NCBI GenBank assembly: GCA_030149205.1
Contig: JASBSB010000007.1
Coordinates: forward strand, 150,001 to 182,000
Origin: Candidatus Heimdallarchaeota archaeon
GTDB lineage: Archaea > Asgardarchaeota > Heimdallarchaeia > Heimdallarchaeales > Kariarchaeaceae
Length of the DNA stretch: 32,000 nucleotides
Direction of reading: 5' to 3'
The notes under the pieces were generated by a model. That model was not told the DNA's origin and did not search any database. It saw only the letters and a program-made list of their open reading frames with translations. Each line of letters opens with the position of its first letter. The first letter of the stretch is position 1. The translations under genes and the position numbers were made by a program. Shown one piece after another: positions 8,870 through 16,486 of this stretch.

Positions 8870-10372
8870 CTAAGAAAATATATCTTTCTTTTCAATTAGT
8901 TGACTTAATACTGGTTTTTTGGCCAATGTAACTTCATCAAGCCTACCTGTTGATGTAAGGTGAGGAGAATTTTTAACCGAATCTGGATCAGAATATGCCA
9001 ATTTTGTGATTTCTTTAAAAACATCTGCAATCAAGTCGAGTGATTGCTTTGACTCTGACTCTGTGGGTTCAATCATTAAAGCCTCTTTAATAATCAGTGG
9101 AAAATAAACTGTTGGAGAATGTACACCGTAATCAAGCATTGCCTTTGCGATATCATTTGTACTGACTCCCGTTTCCTTTAACAATTTTGACGCTGATGCG
9201 ACAAATTCGTGTTTACATGGAACATTCTTGCCTTTAGGAATTGTTAACCCATTAATTTGTCTGACATGGTGCAATAAATAATTCGCATTTAAAACAGCTG
9301 TTTCACAGGTCTTTCGCAACCCAGGCCCACCATTTCTTAAAATATATAATAAAGCACGTAAAGCAATTCCAAAATTACCGTTGTAACCATGAACTTTTCC
9401 AATAGAAGTCTTTTTGTTTGAGAAGTCCCAGTAAAATGTTTGATCCTTTTTAGCTGCAATTGGTACCGGTAAATATTTGCGTAGTTTTTCAGAAACTGCA
9501 ACTGGTCCCGATCCAGGTCCACCACCACCGTGTGGTCCAGTGAAAGTTTTATGAAGATTCATGTGCATCACATCAAATCCCATTTTTGCGGGTTTAATGA
9601 CGCCAACAATTCCATTAAAATTAGCTCCATCAAGGTAATTCAATCCCCCTACATCATGAACCATTTTGCAGATCTCTTGAATGTTGGGCTCGAAAAGACC
9701 AAGTGTGTTTGGGTTAGTAATCATGAATCCTGCGATATTTTCTGTTAAAACTGATTTTAATGCTTCTAAATCAACATATCCATCTTCTGTTGAAGGAATC
9801 TCGATTACCTTGAATCCAGCCATAGCAGCACTGGCTGGATTAGTCCCATGTGCTGAATCTGGGATAATGATGGTATCTCTTTTAGTATCATTTCTTGCTT
9901 CATGATATGCTTTTATCACTAATACACCAGTAAATTCTCCAGATGCACCACCTGGAGGTTGAATTGTTACTGCATCAAATCCGGTCAATTTTTTTAATGT
10001 TTCCTGTAACCAGAAGAACACCTCTAGAGTTCCCTGAATGGATTGTTCTGGAGCTTGAGGATGCATATCTGCAAATCCAGGGAATCTGGCGATTCTCTCA
10101 TTTATTTTAGGATTGTATTTCATTGTGCAAGAGCCCAACGGATAGGGTCCAACATCTACCCCATGAATCATCTGTGATAACCTGACCACATGTCTTACTA
10201 ATTCAAGTTCTGACACTTGCGGCAATTCCAGGGGTGATTTTCGAATCCATTCATCTGGTATTGTTTCCTTTGGCAAATTAACTGATTCAGGAATATACGC
10301 CCTTCTTCCAGCTCCACCTTTGTTTAGAATTAAAGGTTCCTCCCATTTTGCCTGTGTACGCTTATGGATCAT
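8870..10372 (-). CDS. gcvPB: Glycine dehydrogenase (decarboxylating) subunit 2
   Basis: YPLGSCTMKYNP, SAHGTNPASA and HMNLHKTFTGPHGGGGPGSGP (PLP lysine). Confidence 0.96.
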   Translation of the reverse strand: MIHKRTQAKWEEPLILNKGGAGRRAYIPESVNLPKETIPDEWIRKSPLELPQVSELELVRHVVRLSQMIHGVDVGPYPLGSCTMKYNPKINERIARFPGFADMHPQAPEQSIQGTLEVFFWLQETLKKLTGFDAVTIQPPGGASGEFTGVLVIKAYHEARNDTKRDTIIIPDSAHGTNPASAAMAGFKVIEIPSTEDGYVDLEALKSVLTENIAGFMITNPNTLGLFEPNIQEICKMVHDVGGLNYLDGANFNGIVGVIKPAKMGFDVMHMNLHKTFTGPHGGGGPGSGPVAVSEKLRKYLPVPIAAKKDQTFYWDFSNKKTSIGKVHGYNGNFGIALRALLYILRNGGPGLRKTCETAVLNANYLLHHVRQINGLTIPKGKNVPCKHEFVASASKLLKETGVSTNDIAKAMLDYGVHSPTVYFPLIIKEALMIEPTESESKQSLDLIADVFKEITKLAYSDPDSVKNSPHLTSTGRLDEVTLAKKPVLSQLIEKKDIFS

Positions 10373-11763
10373 AATTTTGATACCTCACTTATCACATTAA
10401 CAAAATAATCAAGCTCTTCCTTTCTATGTTTGTCTGACACGGAAATCAACCTCAGACAACTCGTCCCCTCGATTTTTAAACCAGGTAGTATTCCTTGAGA
10501 TATACACTGTTCTTCAAGTTTCTCATGAGAGATTGAACCGAAATCCACAACAAAATCAAACAGAAAGGGTTCAAACACAGGAGAGCGGATCCCCTCTAAT
10601 TTGTTTAATTCCTTAGCTAAGTAATGTGCCCTATCAACTAGTCCACTTGCAAGATCACGGATTCCCTTTGGCCCAAGTCCTGCAAGAAATATCCCCGCAT
10701 TTACAGCCATTAGAGTTTGATTGGAGCAAATATTGCTTGTAGCTTTTTCTCTCCTAATATGTTGTTCTCTCGTTGAAAGTGTAATACAGTATCCCGGTAG
10801 GTCTGAACCAAGCTCAGTAGTCTTACCAACCAATCGACCAGGGAAGTTTTGTATCCATTTTCTGTTATATTTTGTTCCCAATATCCCTAACAGTGGACCA
10901 CCATTACTTACCCCAGAGCCCAATATTTGCCCCTCCCCTATCATAAAATCTGCATTGTATTCAGCCGGTGTTCTTAAGATTCCGAGAGATATTAGATCAA
11001 TGCCCACGGTAACCAATACATCATACTTATGTATTTCATCAATAAATTCGTCAACCTGTGATGGCAACACTCCATGAAAGGTTGGGATTTCAAAATAAAC
11101 TCCTGCTATTTCTCGTTCTTTTTTATCTTTCCTCGAGTCTTCTTCTATTATTATTAGAATATCATTTTGATTTATTGTTCCCTCTCCATCAACAAGAACA
11201 ATATTAAAACCAGAATGTTCAGTATAAGTTCGTAATACCTCTAATCTCTCGGGACTGATTGGATTGGCAACAAGAATTGATCTTCTTTTCATAATTCTCA
11301 TCATCATTCTAGCAGATTCTCCTAATGCTGTTGCCCAATCATAAAGCGAGGCACTTATCACATCCATTCCAGTTAATTCTGCAACCTGACTTTCATATTC
11401 ATAAATTAGTTGAAGCATTCCTTGAGCAATTTCTGGTTGGTATGATGTGTATGCAGTGTATATTTCACCTCTTCTCATCAATTCTTCAAGAAAGGCAGGG
11501 ATATACAGATCACGAACACCTCCACCTAAGAATGAAAGATGATCATTAAAATTTTTTTGAGATATTTTTTTGAAAATCGAATTTAGCTCAAATTCACTGT
11601 ATGGTCCATCAATATTGATAGGCGTGCGTTCAATCAGATTTTGGGGGACATCCGAAAATAGGTCAATTGTACTGTTGTATCCAATAGAATTCAACATTTC
11701 TGCTTCCTCTTCGGGCCCGATCCCCAAATAAGACTGGAAATAATTTTTTGAATTAGGTGACAC
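10369..11763 (-). CDS. gcvPA: Glycine dehydrogenase (decarboxylating) subunit 1
   Basis: YTSYQPEIAQGMLQ and REQHIRREKATSNICSNQ; 4-bp overlap with gcvPB. Confidence 0.96.
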   Translation of the reverse strand: MSPNSKNYFQSYLGIGPEEEAEMLNSIGYNSTIDLFSDVPQNLIERTPINIDGPYSEFELNSIFKKISQKNFNDHLSFLGGGVRDLYIPAFLEELMRRGEIYTAYTSYQPEIAQGMLQLIYEYESQVAELTGMDVISASLYDWATALGESARMMMRIMKRRSILVANPISPERLEVLRTYTEHSGFNIVLVDGEGTINQNDILIIIEEDSRKDKKEREIAGVYFEIPTFHGVLPSQVDEFIDEIHKYDVLVTVGIDLISLGILRTPAEYNADFMIGEGQILGSGVSNGGPLLGILGTKYNRKWIQNFPGRLVGKTTELGSDLPGYCITLSTREQHIRREKATSNICSNQTLMAVNAGIFLAGLGPKGIRDLASGLVDRAHYLAKELNKLEGIRSPVFEPFLFDFVVDFGSISHEKLEEQCISQGILPGLKIEGTSCLRLISVSDKHRKEELDYFVNVISEVSKL

Positions 11764-11822
11764 AAGATAACATCTATCATTGTTTTATGAAAATATCTTT
11801 TCCTTTTGTGCTAAATTACAAA

Positions 11823-12242
11823 TTATTCTTCAGATTCCGCTTTAATAATTTCTAAATACTGTTGAGGAGAAATTAAATTTGTTCTAGAGTCACTGAGAGC
11901 TTTAATTTTACATAGCCATCCCTTTTCAAATGGACTCTCGTTAATAAGCTCAGGCGAATCTTCAAGATTTTCGTTATTTTCAAGAAGTTTTGCTTTGAAT
12001 GGTGAATAAATATCTCCAGATGCTTTTATTGCTTCCACGACCACGATTGTATCTTTTTCTTCAAATTCTTCATCAGGGTCTTCAAACTGAACATAGCTAA
12101 TCTCATGTAGCATCTTTTGGGCATAATCTGAAATTCCCATCAGAAATATACCTGGCTCTATTTCTTTGACCCATTCGTGTGTTTCCATATAAGATCTATC
12201 TGTCTTGATGAGATAGTTATCAAATCTGAGGTCTTCACTCAT
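11823..12242 (-). CDS. gcvH: Glycine cleavage system H protein
   Basis: THEWV, GISDYAQ, VEAIKASGDIYSP (lipoyl lysine) and INESPFEKGWL. Confidence 0.94.
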   Translation of the reverse strand: MSEDLRFDNYLIKTDRSYMETHEWVKEIEPGIFLMGISDYAQKMLHEISYVQFEDPDEEFEEKDTIVVVEAIKASGDIYSPFKAKLLENNENLEDSPELINESPFEKGWLCKIKALSDSRTNLISPQQYLEIIKAESEE

Positions 12243-12298
12243 ACACTATAGTTAAATTTCTTCTAAATAAATAATGATTTTATATCATGAAATATCTG

Positions 12299-13327
12299 TC
12301 AATTTTCTATTTTTAACTCAAACTTAAGCAAAAAGGTAGCAATAACTGACGCAATTGCAAGATAAAATACTACCAATATATGAGTGATGGTTGGTATGTT
12401 TAAAGCAAGCGAATCGGTGATTGGAAGGAAAAGCAACAAAATTTGAGCAACAAAAAATTCAAATGGTCCAAACGATCCCGGAGTAAAAGGTAAGATATAC
12501 GTAGAATAGCCTATGATTGCTGCAAAGGTAATTACTGTAAAATTAGATGGTGCACCTAATGTGATCGCAATAATTACAATTGTAGTAGATTCAATAAACC
12601 ATTGCAATGCTGAAAGAAGAAATATAAAAGAAAATAACTTTTTATCTCGAATTATTACAGAGACAGAGTGAACTACACCTCTTAACAAAGGAACTCCTTT
12701 GTTTAATATTGGTAGTTTACTTAATAAATTTTCAAAGAATATGGGAAATTTAAAAAGCAGACCGATCATCACAAAGCCGACTAACACCAAAACCATGAAT
12801 ATTATAATACTGAATCTGTATTTTTCAATCCCCAAAAATTGTGTCGCAGTCAGTATAAAGACCAACGCGGTGATGGCCAAGACAGTCATCAAACCGAGTA
12901 AATCAAAAAATTTCTCCATAATTATAGATGAGGTTGAATGTGAATATGCTGTCCCGTGTTCTTTAAGAATAATCAAACGTGAAAGTTCACCTAGCCTTGC
13001 AGGGAGTATCCCATTTTGTGCCCAGGCAATTAACGAAACTTTTGTTAGTAATGAATACTTATGATTGACATCAAGTGTTTGCAACAGTAATTTCCAGCGA
13101 ACCACTCTAATTAGCATGACAATTGAATAAATGAAAAAAACTGCAAGAAGTCCAAAAGGCCAAGATTTTTCAAGTCCGTTGACCAATTTATTAAAGCCTA
13201 TACTAACAATCAACCAATAGGCAATTAGTATCATGATGAGAAATGTTAGCCAAAATTTTACTGAATTATATTTTTTTGTTGTATCAATATCAGCAGATTG
13301 AATTGGACTCACAGAAGTTGACTCCAT
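12299..13327 (-). CDS. UPF0104 / lysylphosphatidylglycerol synthase transmembrane-domain (flippase-like) membrane protein
   Basis: About 8 TM helices; RVVRWKLLL, NGILPARLGELSR, EKFFDL and PFTPGSFGPFE. Confidence 0.85.
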   Translation of the reverse strand: MESTSVSPIQSADIDTTKKYNSVKFWLTFLIMILIAYWLIVSIGFNKLVNGLEKSWPFGLLAVFFIYSIVMLIRVVRWKLLLQTLDVNHKYSLLTKVSLIAWAQNGILPARLGELSRLIILKEHGTAYSHSTSSIIMEKFFDLLGLMTVLAITALVFILTATQFLGIEKYRFSIIIFMVLVLVGFVMIGLLFKFPIFFENLLSKLPILNKGVPLLRGVVHSVSVIIRDKKLFSFIFLLSALQWFIESTTIVIIAITLGAPSNFTVITFAAIIGYSTYILPFTPGSFGPFEFFVAQILLLFLPITDSLALNIPTITHILVVFYLAIASVIATFLLKFELKIEN

Positions 13328-13399
13328 CTAATTCAAATATAGAAAATAACCTTAAGAATATTTAGCAATTTAACACATTTTTCTAATCAAGCAATGAAT

Positions 13400-14509
13400 T
13401 TATTCACTCTTGGCAAATTTGAATTTTCTAACTCTTGCTTCAAGTATAGAAGCTAAATTTGATAGCTCTGAAGTTGAAGCCACAAGTTCTTCCATCGTAG
13501 CGGTTTGTTCTTCTGCAGAGGCTGCAACCTCTTCTGATGCAGATGCTACATCTTGACTCACGTCCGATATTGAAGCAATTGCATTAGAAATATCTTCTTG
13601 CCCCATAACAATTTGATCTTGTATCTCTTGGATTACCTTTTCAATTTCTTCTGTATAGTTCCTTGAATCATCTGCTAGCCTTCTTACATTTTTCGCAACT
13701 ATCCCAAAACCTCTACCAGCATCTCCTGCCCTTTGGGCTTCTATTGCTGCATTTAGTGCTAGAAGGTTGGTTTCTTCTGAGATTCCTTGTGTCAATCCCA
13801 AAACCTCTTGAATTCTTTCAAATGATGATTTAATTATATTTCCAAGGTTTTCATTGGAAGACTTCGCATCGCTTGCTCGTTGTACTTGTGCCTGTGTTCC
13901 TTGAGAAATGTTTTCCATAATTGATGAGATTGTCTCACTGCTTGAACTCACTTCAGAACTAGAGGAAGCTATCTCTTCTGCTGTTGAAGCTACCCTGATA
14001 GCTGCTGATTGAATTTCTTCAATCAAACTTTTAATTTCTTGAACCATCAGTTTAAAACCTGCATAGAATTGATTTAATACATCTTCGTTGCTTAAATTTA
14101 TTATATTATCAGGCAAGTTTAAATTTCCTTGGGCAACCTCTTTTGAAACTTGATTTAATTGCAGGAAATAGAGGACTAAAACCTCTTTTATCCTTACAAA
14201 TATCCAATAGACTAGAATTCCATTTAAGAGCAATCCTATAATGATGTTAATCATTTCCTCAGTCAAACTACCAGTAGTAGATTGAATCTGAAAGTTTGAC
14301 CCTAGGTTTGCCTCTAATATTAATCCTAAGAAGATTAAAGGAAAGATCGAAACTGCGATCCTTGAGATAAGACTGTAGCCAAGAGAGTTTCTTCCATGTG
14401 TTCTCATTGAAACAACGAGAACCACAATATACAGGAGAATTGCAACTGCTGTTGCGTACCCCAATACAGTCCAGCTAACTTTGAAAAGACCGTAATTATC
14501 AATGATCAT
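13400..14509 (-). CDS. Methyl-accepting chemotaxis-like transducer (3 TM, HAMP, short signalling domain)
   Basis: [26 protein letters not shown] hairpin tip; EE-containing methylation helices; HAMP-like VAQGNL...EDVL segment. Confidence 0.9.
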   Translation of the reverse strand: MIIDNYGLFKVSWTVLGYATAVAILLYIVVLVVSMRTHGRNSLGYSLISRIAVSIFPLIFLGLILEANLGSNFQIQSTTGSLTEEMINIIIGLLLNGILVYWIFVRIKEVLVLYFLQLNQVSKEVAQGNLNLPDNIINLSNEDVLNQFYAGFKLMVQEIKSLIEEIQSAAIRVASTAEEIASSSSEVSSSSETISSIMENISQGTQAQVQRASDAKSSNENLGNIIKSSFERIQEVLGLTQGISEETNLLALNAAIEAQRAGDAGRGFGIVAKNVRRLADDSRNYTEEIEKVIQEIQDQIVMGQEDISNAIASISDVSQDVASASEEVAASAEEQTATMEELVASTSELSNLASILEARVRKFKFAKSE

Positions 14510-14650
14510 AATTTGTTAATAAAATTGTTCTTAATCAATTTTTGCCATAAAAAAGAAAATAATTACAGTTGTTCATAAAAAAATATCGAATTAAACTACC
14601 CTAGTTAAATAGAGATTTTAATAAACTCTAAATCATCAGTTGGTTTATTT

Positions 14651-15796
14651 ATGAAGATTTCAAATAATTTGAGCAACGTGTCTGGGTCTGTTACTGCTCA
14701 GATTTTTGCAGAAACAAAGAGACTTCAACGTCTTGGTCAGAAGATTCTAAACTTATCAATCGGACAACCAAAATACCCTCCAATTAATCCAGTCTTAGAG
14801 AGTATTAGTTCAGCTGTGTTAGAAGGTAAAGTACAATATTCAGAAAGTAAGGGAATAATTGAACTAAGAGAGGCAATCAATAATTACTATGGACGAAATA
14901 ATGATCCAGAGAAAGAAATTATTGTTACTGCTGGTGGAAAAATTGGTATTTTTGCTTCCTTGTGGGCAGTTTGTAACCCAGGTGACAATGTCGTAATTTT
15001 AAATCCTTCATGGGTCAGTTACAAAGATATAGTAGGTAGTTTAGGATGCGAACCTAGGTTTATCCAAGTTGATGATGATTTTAGGTTTGATGAGGAAAGA
15101 TTAAGAAAGGTAATTGATGGTAAAACCAAGGCGATTGTTGTAAATTCCCCCTGTAACCCAACAGGTGCAATTATAAGTGAAAAAAATCTTTCAGATTTAT
15201 ACAGAATTTGTTTGGAATTTGATCTATTATTAATCAGTGATGAAATTTATAACGAGTATACCTACGATAGCAATAAATTCACATCGTTGACTTCAATTAA
15301 AAATTGGAAAGAAAATGGAGTTATAATTAATGGGTTTTCAAAGACCTTTTCAATGACAGGGCTTCGATTGGGCTATACTTTGACAAATGAAAAGATTTCT
15401 AAAGAAATCAATAAAGTTATGCAACTAACCGCAAGTTGTGCCCCACTACCTTCTCAAATTGGAGGGGTTAAGGCATTAGAAACAATAGATGAAACAAGAG
15501 CATACTTTAAACCAATAGTTAAGAAAAATCGAGAACTAATGATAAAATTAAGTAAAGAGATTGATGGATTAGTACTGTTCCCACCTCATGGTGCGATCTA
15601 TGGATGGTATAGAATTGAAGGAGAATCAGATTCTGCTGCTTGGGCTTCAAATCTGTTATCAAATGAAAGGGTTGCAGTAACGCCTGGCATTGGATTTGGT
15701 CCTGCAGGAGAAGGGTTCTTTAGAATTTGTTTTGCTGTAGATCAAGAAACTTTAGAAGATGGAATCACACAAATTGGAAAATTTGTCATGAGATAA
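14651..15796 (+). CDS. Class I/II PLP-dependent aminotransferase (aspartate aminotransferase-like)
   Basis: VNSPCNPTG, SDEIY and NGFSKTFSMTGLRLGY (PLP lysine). Confidence 0.93.
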   Translation: MKISNNLSNVSGSVTAQIFAETKRLQRLGQKILNLSIGQPKYPPINPVLESISSAVLEGKVQYSESKGIIELREAINNYYGRNNDPEKEIIVTAGGKIGIFASLWAVCNPGDNVVILNPSWVSYKDIVGSLGCEPRFIQVDDDFRFDEERLRKVIDGKTKAIVVNSPCNPTGAIISEKNLSDLYRICLEFDLLLISDEIYNEYTYDSNKFTSLTSIKNWKENGVIINGFSKTFSMTGLRLGYTLTNEKISKEINKVMQLTASCAPLPSQIGGVKALETIDETRAYFKPIVKKNRELMIKLSKEIDGLVLFPPHGAIYGWYRIEGESDSAAWASNLLSNERVAVTPGIGFGPAGEGFFRICFAVDQETLEDGITQIGKFVMR

Positions 15797-15807
15797 ATTT
15801 ACTAATA

Positions 15808-15830
15808 GACGCGCGACATTGTCGCGCGTC
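15808..15830. repeat. Perfect 23-bp palindrome GACGCGCGACA-T-TGTCGCGCGTC
   Basis: 11-bp inverted arms around a single T, read directly from the sequence. It contains two CGCGCG hexamers in AT-rich surroundings. Confidence 0.95.
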
Positions 15831-16023
15831 ATATCGCGAAAATGTTTGCATACTTTCATCATTAATAAAATGACATTTTTTGTTAAATTTAAGGATTTCC
15901 TTTATTTTTTCACTATTTTTTCCTAGAATATTTCGAGCCAAACCTATAAAAAAGGCGGGTTAACACTCTAGAAAAGGAATATCAAGAATTTGTGGTTAGA
16001 GAGCAAATAGCAATATTTTGAGT

Positions 16024-16038
16024 CAAAATGTTTATAGA
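16024..16038 (+). promoter_or_regulatory. Putative archaeal BRE/TATA promoter of the E2F/DP-like gene
   Basis: CAAAATG followed by TTTATAGA about 70 nt upstream of the ATG at 16104; SD-like AGGTGG at 16094-16099. Confidence 0.45.
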
Positions 16039-16103
16039 GTAGAAAGAGAGCTGTTACTTAGTGCTTATAACGATGAATATCGATTAAGTGCATAGGTGGG
16101 ATT

Positions 16104-16469
16104 ATGAAATTAAAAGAAATAGCTGATCAGGCGATTAATGTCATCAAAACAAGAGGAACCGAAGGGATTAACAATGCAGAGCTTGCAGAAATTGTTGGAA
16201 CGCCAAAAAGAAGAGTCTACGATGTTATTGCAATCTTACGAGCTGCAAATTTAATTACAACAGAAAGAGATGGAGCTGGAACTAAAATTTTTTGGCTTGA
16301 AAAAGATGAAACTTATAAAGAAGAGGTACAACCCCAGACCTCATTCTTCACTAGCAAATTAAAGGTATCAACTGATGGTCAAATCTACAATGTTGCAAAT
16401 CGTGGTTCTGAAGTTGTGATCGAGTTAGATGATGAAGCAAAACTATCTATTGAACCAATACTTGAATAA
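16104..16469 (+). CDS. E2F/DP-family winged-helix DNA-binding protein
   Basis: ELAEIVGTPKRRVYDVIAILRAANLITTE...KIFW matches the E2F/DP recognition helix (E2F4 KRRIYDITNVLEGIGLI...IQW; DP1 RRRVYDALNVLMAMNII...IKW). RRVYD is at 16209-16223. Confidence 0.8.
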   Translation: MKLKEIADQAINVIKTRGTEGINNAELAEIVGTPKRRVYDVIAILRAANLITTERDGAGTKIFWLEKDETYKEEVQPQTSFFTSKLKVSTDGQIYNVANRGSEVVIELDDEAKLSIEPILE

Positions 16470-16486
16470 AGTGATTATTTTTCAAT

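Noticed and set aside
14610-14630. Short inverted repeat TAGAG-N11-CTCTA between the divergent MCP and aminotransferase genes
   Set aside because: The 5-bp arms in AT-rich DNA are within chance expectation, and I saw no second copy.
15808-15845. The palindrome as a classical intrinsic terminator of the aminotransferase
   Set aside because: No U-tract follows on either strand, and archaeal termination usually relies on U-rich tracts rather than GC hairpins. It is kept only as an alternative explanation.
15797-16103. tRNA, other structured RNA or replication origin in the long intergenic region
   Set aside because: I found no cloverleaf or T-loop motif, no C/D box pair I could support, no ORB-like repeat and no adjacent cdc6/orc1.
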